Shown here in pieces: positions 47,037-56,962 of a DNA stretch of 64,000 nt. The stretch spans positions 83 through 64,082 of the forward strand of contig JADLBV010000048.1 of the NCBI GenBank assembly GCA_020847545.1, written 5' to 3'. The DNA comes from Phycisphaerales bacterium. Its GTDB lineage: Bacteria > Planctomycetota > Phycisphaerae > Tepidisphaerales > Tepidisphaeraceae. Below the pieces are notes generated by a model. The model saw nothing but the letters and a program-made list of their open reading frames with translations, was not told where the DNA came from and ran no database searches. The translations under genes were made by a program, and so were the position numbers. Positions within the stretch are counted from its first letter, which is position 1; the number at the start of each line of letters is the position of its first letter.

Positions 47037-47207
47037 CCACACGCCGGATGATCGGATGATCCCGTTCGATGGGATGATTCCCAGTTGCCAGTGATTGGCC
47101 GTCGGCGGTTGTGCCGGTGGTCGATCCCTGGCAACTTTTCTTTTTCTGTCAGGCCATTATCTGAAAATTCAGGACCATCATGGAGTACGGGTGCTTTCTG
47201 GTAGAGC

Positions 47208-49439
47208 CTATGTCAGGCCATACGGTTTTTCACTGCCGAGGGCGATGATGGTGCAGGAGAGGGGGTTGATCGTCAGATCAAAGCCCCGCTCGGAGTCCCC
47301 TTCGGCGATGGTTTTATGGAATTGATCGTCGATCAGGGTGCGAATCTCCGCGCCGGTGCGCTGGGGGAGGGGATAAAAATGAGACAAGGTGGCATCATCG
47401 GCCTGGACGACGGTTCCCTGTTTCATCGCCTGTGCGTACATTCCCTGCGGGCTGGGGAGGCGCACGGTCAGTGAGATCGCTTCGGTGGTGATGTTGACCA
47501 GCACGACGCCGATCGCGCCGTCCACGCGCAGGAATACACCATTGAGAATCGGCGGAAGTTTTAGTTCCATCCCCTCGGCATCCTGCCAACTGACGGCCCA
47601 GCGCCGGGTGACGGGCTGAAGTTGATCGGACAGATCCAACGCCCTCAACAGTCGGCCCTGGGCCAGAAAATCGTAACTGTGGGTCCAGGTGTGTGCGAGG
47701 TGCCGCAGGAAAGCGGCGGTGGCCGGGGATTTTTCGATGATCATCGACAGGGGGATGTCGCACCAGCCGATCTGCGAGCCGAAGACGAATTGCTGGGCGT
47801 GTTTGGATTCGATGGCGCCGGCGAATTTGGGGTCCATCAGTTCGGGAGTCCAGGTGTAGCGGCCGAATGCCATCACATGGTCATGGTAGACGGTTTCAAA
47901 CATGGGGATCGCGTTGTCGCGGATGCCATTGCCGTATAACAGTGCGTCGAAGTTGGCGATGTACGGTTCCGCGCACCCTTCTGAGGTGAGAACAGGATCG
48001 GGGCGGGCGTGTGCCGCCTCTTCGCGGACCAGCGCGAGGGTTTTGTTGATGCTCTTGACGAAGGTGTCCCCCCCGCCGGCGGGGTGGCCGTGGCGGGTGT
48101 CGTGACAGGGCCAGGCGGCGCTCATGGCGATTTCGTCGAAATAGACCGCGCTGGCCCCCTGTTCAAAGAGCCTCATCGCGGTTAGTCGGGAAATCTGGCG
48201 TGGCAGATCGGCGGCGGGGCAAAATGTGGCGAAGGGTCGGTTTTGACTCCAGACGCGCTGATCGAGGTCGCCGGCGGGCGTGATTTGTAACGCGCTGTGT
48301 TTGAGTCCCTGCTCCCAGGCGGGCATCTGGGTGTCACAGGACCACATGTTGATGTAGGGCATCACATGGATGCCGCGGTCGCGGAATTTTTTGATGGTGT
48401 CGCGGAACGTGGGGACGGCCGGGAAGAAAAAGGGGTATTGGGCGTCAAAGGCGTTCTGGTGCCACATGTAATAATGGCAGACCATGGGGGTGTTCATGAA
48501 GGCGTGTTCGGCAATCACATCGGCATCTTCAAACGCCGGGCCGCGCATCAGTCGCAGTGTGACCAGGCCAATGCGCTGATACCAGAGAGGTGTCTTGCGA
48601 CCCTCCACCAATGGGCCGGGTTTGGTCCAGTCGGCGGTGAGGGCGAATTTGCGGTAAATTTGGGCGGCGTCATACCAGTCACCGCGCTGGAGACGAATAA
48701 TCCAGGGGAAGGGTTGGGACCAGTCTTGCCCATAATGGATTTCGGTATCGACCCAGGGGTGGATGTAGATCAACTCATTTTCGGGATCGGGGCCGATGAA
48801 GAAATTTTTCAGGTGGCCTGCGGGGTCGTGGGCGGCAAGATAGAGCAATTGGTCCTCGCGCTGTAAGGCGAGAAACTGCATGGTGAAGCTGCCGTGGGGA
48901 TATGGACGGCGGCGAAGTTTTTCATGGATGCCGCCGGTGGGCATGGTCGAAAGCGGATCGCGGTACAGCACGCCGCGGTCATCGGGGAGGGCCAGACAAT
49001 CGCTCTGAGAGCCGGGGGTGACGGCCAGATCGAGCCGGGGAAAATGCACACGGAAGACCGACCAGTCGGCGGGAGTCTCCTCAACAGCCAGCCGAAAAGA
49101 GATTTCCCCGTTGGCTTCATTCAGATGGATGATGGCCTTGACGGTGACGCGCTCGGCCGTGTTGCCGACATGGACATTGCGCCAGGTGAGTCGGACCTGA
49201 TCGTTGCCGTTGCGCAGCTTTGGGGGGGACTGGCGCATGTCCAACTCGACGATGCGCTGCTGGCGGTTGATCATCTCGATCTTCCAGAGGACATTTGGAC
49301 GGCGGAGATACTCGCGACCCTCAGCATCGGCCAGACTGAGCAGCATGGTTCCGTTATCGTTGTGTTCCAGCCGCAGTCGTGTCTGGCGGGCGGCAATGGC
49401 GAATTGCAGGTCTGAGGAAGCTTTGGAAGTCGATTTCAC
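47208..49439 (-). CDS. Large uncharacterised protein, glycoside-hydrolase-like by context (DUF6259-like from memory)
   Basis: 743-aa ORF with clear coding bias and no motif I can assign with certainty. Last gene of the LacI-headed cluster. Confidence 0.7.
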   Translation of the reverse strand: MKSTSKASSDLQFAIAARQTRLRLEHNDNGTMLLSLADAEGREYLRRPNVLWKIEMINRQQRIVELDMRQSPPKLRNGNDQVRLTWRNVHVGNTAERVTVKAIIHLNEANGEISFRLAVEETPADWSVFRVHFPRLDLAVTPGSQSDCLALPDDRGVLYRDPLSTMPTGGIHEKLRRRPYPHGSFTMQFLALQREDQLLYLAAHDPAGHLKNFFIGPDPENELIYIHPWVDTEIHYGQDWSQPFPWIIRLQRGDWYDAAQIYRKFALTADWTKPGPLVEGRKTPLWYQRIGLVTLRLMRGPAFEDADVIAEHAFMNTPMVCHYYMWHQNAFDAQYPFFFPAVPTFRDTIKKFRDRGIHVMPYINMWSCDTQMPAWEQGLKHSALQITPAGDLDQRVWSQNRPFATFCPAADLPRQISRLTAMRLFEQGASAVYFDEIAMSAAWPCHDTRHGHPAGGGDTFVKSINKTLALVREEAAHARPDPVLTSEGCAEPYIANFDALLYGNGIRDNAIPMFETVYHDHVMAFGRYTWTPELMDPKFAGAIESKHAQQFVFGSQIGWCDIPLSMIIEKSPATAAFLRHLAHTWTHSYDFLAQGRLLRALDLSDQLQPVTRRWAVSWQDAEGMELKLPPILNGVFLRVDGAIGVVLVNITTEAISLTVRLPSPQGMYAQAMKQGTVVQADDATLSHFYPLPQRTGAEIRTLIDDQFHKTIAEGDSERGFDLTINPLSCTIIALGSEKPYGLT

Positions 49440-49460
49440 GATTCTCTCCGGTCGAAATAG

Positions 49461-50651
49461 TTAAAAGTCAGGTCTTTCGTGCAGTACATCCGATTCAAGG
49501 GTCAAACATTTTGAGCCATCGGGGGTGATGACGTGGACATCTTCATAAAGGAACTCGACATCCCCCAGGCGAATGCCCGGTTCGGTACTGATGATCATGC
49601 CGGGCTCCAACACGGTGTGGTCATTGGGCATGATGCTGGGGGGTTCGGTGATAAGCATCCCCATGCCGTGACCCATCCGGCCGCTGGTCAGGCGAGAGGG
49701 GTCGTCGATCCGGGCGCCAGCCTGTTCGATGGCGTTCATGCAGATGGTAAAGAGCCGTGAACAGGTGATGCCGGGTCGAAGCGACTCGGTCATCTTCCGG
49801 TTGACAAACAGGATGGCTTCGTACGCTTTTTTGTGCGCATCAGTTGCCTTGCCGAGAACAACCATGCGGGGGTAGTCGATGGTGTACTGGCCACAACAGG
49901 CGCCGGTGTCGATGGCGAGAACATCGCCACGATCCAACGGCCGGTCGGTTTTGAAGGGGTTGCCTGCGCCGGGTTTTGGACTTTGGAGGATGACAAAGGC
50001 CGTGCGGTCACCCCCTTCTTCGAGGATCAGTTGCCGCATCAGGCGGTCCACCTGACGTTCGGTGATGCCGTGGCGGAGTTTTTCATGGTGAAACAGCCGC
50101 TGGCGTGCCCGCGCGGTGATCTCGGCGGCGGTGCGCATAAAGGCGACTTCCTCATCGGATTTGATCATGCGCAGTCGATGCAACAGCGGGCCGGCATCAA
50201 CTGGAACGATACCCGGCAGGGATTGAAGTAAATCCAAGTACCCCCCCACCGGAATCCCCATGCGCTGTTCGTGGCCAAGCTCAAAACCGATGGGAGAGTT
50301 CTCAAGTCCCAGCTCGCGAAACAAGTCCACCAGCGTAGCCAATGGAAATGCGAGCAGATCACTGTATCCGCGGATATCCTTGATAAAACCACTAGCGGAG
50401 ACATTCCCCCGACCCATGGTCATGATGACCGGCGGGGCATTGATGGGGATGATCAGCACCGAGGGGCGGGTGAGGGAGAAATTCAGCGCCATCGAAGAGG
50501 TGGTGCCGATGAAATACTGAAGATTTTCCTCCTGTGTTACAACCAACGCCCCAAGGCCCTGAGCGGCCATCAACTCCCGCGCGCGGTTGTGTCGGCGCTC
50601 CATTTCGGCCAACGAAAAGATCGGGTGCGGCGGTTGAACAAGGGGGTTCAT
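49461..50651 (-). CDS. M24 family metallopeptidase (Xaa-Pro aminopeptidase/creatinase-like)
   Basis: Creatinase-N-like domain plus pita-bread metal ligand regions (GDVLAIDTGACCGQY, HGMGMLITEPP, GMIISTEPG). ATG 50651 forms an ATGA overlap with the upstream gene. Confidence 0.85.
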   Translation of the reverse strand: MNPLVQPPHPIFSLAEMERRHNRARELMAAQGLGALVVTQEENLQYFIGTTSSMALNFSLTRPSVLIIPINAPPVIMTMGRGNVSASGFIKDIRGYSDLLAFPLATLVDLFRELGLENSPIGFELGHEQRMGIPVGGYLDLLQSLPGIVPVDAGPLLHRLRMIKSDEEVAFMRTAAEITARARQRLFHHEKLRHGITERQVDRLMRQLILEEGGDRTAFVILQSPKPGAGNPFKTDRPLDRGDVLAIDTGACCGQYTIDYPRMVVLGKATDAHKKAYEAILFVNRKMTESLRPGITCSRLFTICMNAIEQAGARIDDPSRLTSGRMGHGMGMLITEPPSIMPNDHTVLEPGMIISTEPGIRLGDVEFLYEDVHVITPDGSKCLTLESDVLHERPDF

Positions 50652-52954
50652 GGGGCGTTGCCCCCCTGCCGCAGCAGATGCTCGCAATTCAGGATTTTTT
50701 CGGCCAGATCGAATCGCGCGAAGGCGTATTGCATGGTGGCTTCAAAGCCGATGCGCGAATCATGGCAAACCAGATCGAACATCCGCCGGGCCAGGTCCAG
50801 TTCATCTCGCAAAATCTCCCGACAACCGGCCGGGTTGTTCAGGCGGTTGCGGACATAGCGAATCTGATTGGCGGTGCTGCGATAACTCAGACAACACGAT
50901 TCAGCGATCCGCCATTCCGCCTCAATGGCGGGTGAGGGGTGTGATTTGCGAAGCCGATCAAGGGCATCGACACCCTTTTGCCATCCCGCCGCAAGTTTTT
51001 CAAATTGCTGCTGGAAGGTTTGGGCGGAATAGGGGCCGCGCCATCCATCGAGGTCGTCGTAGGGGAAGGTGATCATCGTGGCGGCAAAACCGGATGGTTT
51101 GGGATGGAACAGATTGGCCGGGCCAAGACATTGCGGCGCGTTGTAGACCGTACTCATATCAAATGGAAATTCGCCAAAAGCCTCGCTGAGCAAATTCCAC
51201 GCCTCGACCACCTTGTCGGCCACATCGGCGCCAAAATGCCGTCGGGCGACCGATCGCATCGCTTCTTCGATGCTGGGGCGCGGCAGTCGGCCCATTTCGG
51301 CCGCCACTTCGAGATTGGTGGAGGGCCAGCCACCCAAACTCCAGCCGAGCATCAGGGCATCGACACCCGCATCGGCCAGGTTGGAAACGTGCTGGGCGAC
51401 GTTGCGCGTGGCCGGCAGATAAGGAGACAAAAACATCTCAAATGAGGTTCCCGCCTGCATTTTGGCAACCGTTTTGAGTTTGCGATTCTGGGCCAGCTTC
51501 CATTGGCGCACGCTTTGTTCACTGGGGCCGATAACCGAAATGGAATATTCGTTGACCTTGCCGGTGTAGTCGCCGCGGGTAAAGACCTTGCCCCATTCGC
51601 TGATGCACAACACCCAGCAGGTGTCGGGAACTTTTTCGATGATGCCGGGGATCCATTCTTCGGGAGTACTCCAGACATACCAAAACAGTTTCCCCTTGGA
51701 GCCGGCCTGGCGCATGCCCCGTTCGATCAGGGTGTTCACTTCGGCATGAATGACCTCCGGGCCGCGTGCATGGCAGCGCGGGCAGGCTTTGGCGAGATTC
51801 GGTTGGGTAGAACTGGAGGATTCCGTGGTCGTGCGCAGGGTGTATTCATCCGCCATGCCGTATTTGCGCGAATAACAATTGGTGAGGTTTTCGCTGTAGG
51901 TGATGGTGAAGACACCCCCCAGATCGGGAACCTTGGTGAACAGGTGGCGAACGGAATTGGTGAGAAATTCCTGAACTTCCGGTGTGCTGGTGCAAAGGGC
52001 GACGACATTGGGGGAATAGGGCGCGCGGTCGGGGGTTTCATCGACGCCGCGAAGATGGGGATATTGATCAAAAAAAGCCGGCGGCATGGCGCGCGGCTCG
52101 TTGAGATACAAAAGCACATCAATCCCATACTTACGGCAGCGTTGAACCAGACGATTGAGATTGGCGATGCGCTCTTCCCCGCCGGCGGACAATTCCGGCG
52201 CCAATTTCCAAGGAGCCAGCTTGTTGAGCACCCCCTGAAACCAGATGGCATTGACGCCGCAGTTGGCCAATTGGGAGAGATACCCTTCGGGGATATCGTC
52301 GATGCCGTTGCCGACCAGAGGATCGCCAAACCGCAGGAAATAGGGATAGCACATGCGGACCTGGAATGCCCCATCGCCACGGGGCGCATCCGCGGCGGGT
52401 GGATGGATCTTTTCAAGCTGCTTGATAAAGCCAAACGGAGGCTCGGCGGGGGCATTCAACCCATCGCCAAGGTGGGATTTGAGGATTGTTGCGATCTGGG
52501 TGGCGTGCTTGCGGACGGCGGCAGTTGGGGTTTGATAATAAACCGGCTGGCATTGGGGTTTATATCCACCGAGTTTGACCCACATGAAATCATCTTCATT
52601 GAGCGAATACTGCATCTCGGCCGCATCCCAGTTGAGCAACTCGCAAAGCTGTTCATAAGGCAACAAATGCCAGTTTCGCATGAGGATGGACATGTAATTC
52701 CGCTGCTGATTCTCCTGGGTGATGGGACGTTGCGGCGGCAACCCCATGGACCGGGCCAGATCGTTCAGTTGTTCGGGTGTGGCGCGCAATACCTTGGCCA
52801 GATGGGTGACGTTGACAAAATCCCAGTTTCGCCAGACAACCGCGTGCAGGGTGTCGGGAAAATGGGGATAACTCAGCGGCTGTGGGGCACGGCCGACGGG
52901 GAGTGAATCGATGTTGACTGAGGTACTGGACATACTTTTGGGGTCCTGTTGCAA
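50648..52954 (-). CDS. Large uncharacterised protein (768 aa), glycan-processing by context
   Basis: Long ORF with coding bias. Its N-terminal region (HAVVWRNWDFVNVTHLAKVL...LLPYEQLCELL) is not assignable by me. Translationally coupled to the M24 peptidase gene. Confidence 0.7.
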   Translation of the reverse strand: MQQDPKSMSSTSVNIDSLPVGRAPQPLSYPHFPDTLHAVVWRNWDFVNVTHLAKVLRATPEQLNDLARSMGLPPQRPITQENQQRNYMSILMRNWHLLPYEQLCELLNWDAAEMQYSLNEDDFMWVKLGGYKPQCQPVYYQTPTAAVRKHATQIATILKSHLGDGLNAPAEPPFGFIKQLEKIHPPAADAPRGDGAFQVRMCYPYFLRFGDPLVGNGIDDIPEGYLSQLANCGVNAIWFQGVLNKLAPWKLAPELSAGGEERIANLNRLVQRCRKYGIDVLLYLNEPRAMPPAFFDQYPHLRGVDETPDRAPYSPNVVALCTSTPEVQEFLTNSVRHLFTKVPDLGGVFTITYSENLTNCYSRKYGMADEYTLRTTTESSSSTQPNLAKACPRCHARGPEVIHAEVNTLIERGMRQAGSKGKLFWYVWSTPEEWIPGIIEKVPDTCWVLCISEWGKVFTRGDYTGKVNEYSISVIGPSEQSVRQWKLAQNRKLKTVAKMQAGTSFEMFLSPYLPATRNVAQHVSNLADAGVDALMLGWSLGGWPSTNLEVAAEMGRLPRPSIEEAMRSVARRHFGADVADKVVEAWNLLSEAFGEFPFDMSTVYNAPQCLGPANLFHPKPSGFAATMITFPYDDLDGWRGPYSAQTFQQQFEKLAAGWQKGVDALDRLRKSHPSPAIEAEWRIAESCCLSYRSTANQIRYVRNRLNNPAGCREILRDELDLARRMFDLVCHDSRIGFEATMQYAFARFDLAEKILNCEHLLRQGGNAP

Positions 52955-52998
52955 ATGAAACCTTTGTCACCATACGATTTGGCGACTCGGCCGCGATT

Positions 52999-54546
52999 CT
53001 ACATTTGGGACCTCACAATTGCATCCGGCTTGGTGGGCAGGTCTGATTCATTCGATTGGGCCGCCGGGGCAGGGCTGGGAAGAATCAGGCTGACCAGATA
53101 ACCCACAATGACACAGACGCCCATCCCGACGACGTAATACCACATGAAGTGAATTTTGGTTTCCCACATCACATAAGCCGTGGCCATTGTGCCGACGATG
53201 GCGCCGACGATGGTTCCGGTGGAATTGGCCCGCTTGGTGAACAGTCCCAGGAAGAAGATGCCCCCCAGCCCCCCACCGACCAAGCCGGCCAGAATCTGGG
53301 TCTGTTCGATGATCATCCCCAGTCGATCCACATAACAGGCCAACAGTGTGCCAAACCCGCCCCAGAAAATCGTCAACCAGCGTGAAAGGGCCACATCTGA
53401 TCGCCCGGAGGTATGGCCTTTGCGAAATCGTTGATAAAAGTCGGTCACGGTCGCTGTGCAAAGTGAATTCAGGACCGAACTGACGGTGCTGAGGGTGGCG
53501 GCGACAATGGCCGCGATCACCAGGCCTTTGAGTCCGGTGGGAAGCTGGGTGCTGACGAAAAAGGGGAGGACCTTGTCCCCATTGGCGCGAATTTCATCAG
53601 GGATAAAGTGTCGGCCGGTCCCGTAAAACCCAAAGAGCAGTATGCCCAGCACATACAGCACCACGACTGTGGGCAAGGCCACCAGGGTGGACATGACATA
53701 ACTTTTGGCGACCGCCTTGCTGCCGCCGGCGGCGAAGTATCGCTGCATCATCACCTGATCGGAAAACGTGCTCCCCAAACCGGCCATCGCCATGCAGACG
53801 ATGATCGACCAGGTGGTCAGTTCGCTGAGATTAAAGGAAAAATCCCAAAGGCGGGTTCGGCCGGCGTGATCGGCGATTTTCCAATATTCCGCCGCCCCGC
53901 CAAGCCCATGACTGTCAGGGAACAACAGTACAAATAGAATCACGCCGATACCCAGCATCATGATGACGAACTGAATCGCATCCGACCACATGACGGCCTT
54001 CATGCCCCCCATCATGGTCAAGGCGGTGGCGATGCACCCCATCAACAGAATCGACGGCAGCAATGGAATGCCTACCGAGGTGCTCAGCAACAGCGCCGGG
54101 GTATAAATGACCACGCCGACATAAATGAATTTGGTCCCCAAAAACAGGGCGCTTGCGATCAGTCTCAGGGCAACCGAAAAACGCTGTTCGAGGTATTCAT
54201 AAACGGTGGTGATGCGAAGCCGAACCAGAAACGGCAAAACCAGCAGGATGATCGGCAATGCCAGCAAACTGGCCGGCGCGGTCATCAGCATCCGGCTGTC
54301 GTTGGAAAACGCATACCCCGGAGCGCCAATCAGGGAGACACCACTGAACGCCGTGGCCACCGCGGCGAATGTCACCAGCAGCCAGTGCATGGACCGGCCG
54401 CCCATGAGGAATTCCTCCTCATTTTCCTGCCCGCGCGAAAACCAGACCCCAATGCCAACCATCCCCAGCATGTAGACGCCCAGAATCGCATAATCCAGGA
54501 CGCTCAGATGGGTGTTTTGCTGGGCAAGGATGATAAAACTGCTCAT
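52999..54546 (-). CDS. Sodium:solute symporter (SSS/SLC5 family)
   Basis: About 13 hydrophobic helices and an SSS-like N-terminus (DYAILGVYMLGMVGIGVWFSRGQ...EEFLMGGRSM). Confidence 0.88.
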   Translation of the reverse strand: MSSFIILAQQNTHLSVLDYAILGVYMLGMVGIGVWFSRGQENEEEFLMGGRSMHWLLVTFAAVATAFSGVSLIGAPGYAFSNDSRMLMTAPASLLALPIILLVLPFLVRLRITTVYEYLEQRFSVALRLIASALFLGTKFIYVGVVIYTPALLLSTSVGIPLLPSILLMGCIATALTMMGGMKAVMWSDAIQFVIMMLGIGVILFVLLFPDSHGLGGAAEYWKIADHAGRTRLWDFSFNLSELTTWSIIVCMAMAGLGSTFSDQVMMQRYFAAGGSKAVAKSYVMSTLVALPTVVVLYVLGILLFGFYGTGRHFIPDEIRANGDKVLPFFVSTQLPTGLKGLVIAAIVAATLSTVSSVLNSLCTATVTDFYQRFRKGHTSGRSDVALSRWLTIFWGGFGTLLACYVDRLGMIIEQTQILAGLVGGGLGGIFFLGLFTKRANSTGTIVGAIVGTMATAYVMWETKIHFMWYYVVGMGVCVIVGYLVSLILPSPAPAAQSNESDLPTKPDAIVRSQM

Positions 54547-54561
54547 TTGCGCTCCGGCGGA

Positions 54562-56139
54562 TTACTGTTTTTCAGCCCGCTTCATCATCAACACTTCCAC
54601 AAACCCGTTGGGGCAGGTGATGCGATGCACGGTGCCGCGCGGCACAAACACCAGATCGCCCGGCCCGACGACATACTCCCTCGCCCCCTTTTGTTCATGG
54701 CCGGCCTGATTGCCCGGAGAGTAGGTCCAGGTGTCGTGCAACGTCCCACCCAGATGAAACGTGGCGCTGCCGTCGATGATGTAAAAGATGTCATCCTCGT
54801 TCTGGTGGACCTCCGCATCGTTGCTGGTCCGGTTTTCGATGCGTTGGGGGGTGATTTGCATCCCATTGCCGACTGTTGAATCGATCAACGCCGGGGCCAC
54901 GGTCGGGCCGCTGATGATCTGCGCCCGAAGGATGGCGCCGATCTGCGACGCCGGGAAGACCTGTTCGGCGCCGGCGGTTTTATCATCTTTGGGATTGTTC
55001 AATAAATGCCCCATCAACCCATAGGTATCGCGCCCCGGCGCGGCCGGCGGGCTGTGGATGTTGTGAACATGCGTGACGATGTAGATGTTCCCATCGGGCA
55101 ATTTCACAATCGCCGGATACCCGGAATGCCCTTCGCCCGGCTGCCAAGCCTGATCCACCTTGGGGCGTTCCCATCGCTGATTGGGAAGCGGCGGCACCCC
55201 TTCGGGGGCCTGTAATGAAAACAGGTAGCGCCAGTTTTGGCCGGCATCGTGGCTTTGATAGATGTTTAATCCCACCCGACCCGCATCGCGGATGGCGATG
55301 ATCAGGCTCCCATCGGCCATCAGTTGCATCGCGGGTGATCCACCCAGAATCGCCAGCGGCTGGGGCTTGGACCAGGTGCGGCCATTGTCCTTGGATTCAA
55401 TCCGATAGAATACATCGTTCACATCGTTGCGCGCAACGGCGACAATCATCCCATCCGCCATCACCTCGTACGCGGTTTCATTGAACCACAGGTGCTGTTT
55501 CACACCTTCGGGCGGATCCTGCCAGACAACGCGGAAATCGCTCCAGCTTTTGCCCTGATCGCGGCTTTGCCAGTATCCATTGCCGACATTCTGGATGAAC
55601 CCCGGCATGATGATCGACCCATCCGCCAACTTCACCATCGGCCCGTATGGGGCGGCCAGTTCGCCCTTGGGATAACGGACCGAACTGAGCTTGTTAAAGG
55701 TCTTGCCGTTGTCGGTGCTTTGCAGGATGTCCAGCCTGCTGGTCTGGTGTTTATGAAGATCTCCTCCTGGCATATAGATATCCGTTCGCGCGGCCAGGAT
55801 GTTGCCATTGTCCAACAACAGGAAATCGTAGACGGCGGTCCCAGTCTCACTTGGATCGTCCGCGCCGATCTTCAGATACACATCCGACCAGGTCTTTCCA
55901 CCATCCGATGAGCGAATAAAGAGCGATTCGGCCCCCGGCTGAACGTCGCCGTGGTTGGCAAAGACAACGATAATGTCTCCGTTGGCCGCCACCACTGCAT
56001 CAGGACATTCGGCCGTTCCTTTGGCGTAAACATTGTCGGCGCGAAGAACCTTGATCGGGTCGGCACAAGCCCAATTGCCTTCCAAACCTGTCAAGACCAT
56101 CCCTATCGCCATCAATAATGTGATTGCAGCGTACTTCAT
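54562..56139 (-). CDS. Secreted BNR/Asp-box beta-propeller (sialidase-like fold) fused to a C-terminal cupin
   Basis: Signal peptide and five Asp-boxes (SSDGGKTW, STDNGKTF, SRDQGKSW, SKDNGRTW, SHDAGQNW). No FRIP motif seen. C-terminal cupin (VHQNEDDIFYIIDG...GDLVFVPRGTVHR). Confidence 0.8.
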   Translation of the reverse strand: MKYAAITLLMAIGMVLTGLEGNWACADPIKVLRADNVYAKGTAECPDAVVAANGDIIVVFANHGDVQPGAESLFIRSSDGGKTWSDVYLKIGADDPSETGTAVYDFLLLDNGNILAARTDIYMPGGDLHKHQTSRLDILQSTDNGKTFNKLSSVRYPKGELAAPYGPMVKLADGSIIMPGFIQNVGNGYWQSRDQGKSWSDFRVVWQDPPEGVKQHLWFNETAYEVMADGMIVAVARNDVNDVFYRIESKDNGRTWSKPQPLAILGGSPAMQLMADGSLIIAIRDAGRVGLNIYQSHDAGQNWRYLFSLQAPEGVPPLPNQRWERPKVDQAWQPGEGHSGYPAIVKLPDGNIYIVTHVHNIHSPPAAPGRDTYGLMGHLLNNPKDDKTAGAEQVFPASQIGAILRAQIISGPTVAPALIDSTVGNGMQITPQRIENRTSNDAEVHQNEDDIFYIIDGSATFHLGGTLHDTWTYSPGNQAGHEQKGAREYVVGPGDLVFVPRGTVHRITCPNGFVEVLMMKRAEKQ

Positions 56140-56169
56140 ATATGATGTTTCTCGTAAATTGTTTTTGGA

Positions 56170-56904
56170 CTATTTCCCGGAATTCCAGATGTTGTTGGTG
56201 TTGTTTTCCCATTCCGTAACCGGAACGGCGACGACATGACCGTCGGCAAAGAGGAAATTGGCTGTTTTCCCCGGATGACGCGGATCGACCCGGTTGTATT
56301 TCGCCTCCCATCCGAGAGAAGCATTGGTGTCATTGACCCCATCTCCGTCAAAGTCGGAATTGAATGTCCAGACCTCAGGCGTATAAACCAGCGAGCCGAC
56401 CGCATCAGTTGCCAAAAACGTATCCGCCTTCAGTTTGGTCAGCTTCTTTGTGCCCGGCGCCCACCAAGGTTTGGAACCATCCGCCAGGTCATAAGAAATG
56501 ACTCGGCAATAGTTCGCGCCATAGGTGTTGAGCACATTGCCCGGATAATCACCCGTCCCGCGTAGCATCACCTCGCAGCGCATGTAATCGCGTCCCGGCT
56601 CCTGACCGGTGGAGCGATTCAGGTAAGGATGTATCAACGATGGCCAGAGAATGTAGCTGGTATCCGGTCCCAGCGAAGTCAACATCCCATGATTGGCCTG
56701 CGCATACATCTGAAACGCCAGGCCGATCTGGCGAAGATTGCTGGAACAGGAGACCGCCTGTGCCGATTGACGAGCCCGTGTCAACGACGGCATCAGGATC
56801 GAGATCAATATCGCTATAATCCCTATGACCACAAGCAGTTCCACCAAGGTGAAACCATGATGCAAACAAGGACGACAAGAGCCAGTCGATTTGTTCATGA
56901 TCAT
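56170..56904 (-). CDS. DUF1559 protein with prepilin-type N-terminal methylation motif
   Basis: [21 protein letters not shown] and the C-terminal H-x(n)-DG motif ([14 protein letters not shown]), typical of Planctomycetota. Confidence 0.9.
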   Translation of the reverse strand: MIMNKSTGSCRPCLHHGFTLVELLVVIGIIAILISILMPSLTRARQSAQAVSCSSNLRQIGLAFQMYAQANHGMLTSLGPDTSYILWPSLIHPYLNRSTGQEPGRDYMRCEVMLRGTGDYPGNVLNTYGANYCRVISYDLADGSKPWWAPGTKKLTKLKADTFLATDAVGSLVYTPEVWTFNSDFDGDGVNDTNASLGWEAKYNRVDPRHPGKTANFLFADGHVVAVPVTEWENNTNNIWNSGK

Positions 56905-56962
56905 TCTCCATTATAGGCCCATCGGCGCTGTCGCGCCGATGGGCCGACTTATCACAGAACCC

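Noticed and set aside
51503-52906. 467-aa + strand ORF inside the 768-aa gene (likewise 41903-42982, 59269-60162, 3462-4238 and 15577-16068 opposite thiC, the esterase, gltX and hisB)
   Set aside because: All are antisense shadows of stronger, motif-bearing or longer genes.
43097-56139. Idea that the AGE epimerase, SSS transporter and sialidase-like propeller form a sialic-acid (nan) catabolic locus
   Set aside because: No N-acetylneuraminate lyase or ManNAc kinase is present. The AGE gene is about 10 kb away on the other strand, behind recQ. The propeller lacks the FRIP motif.
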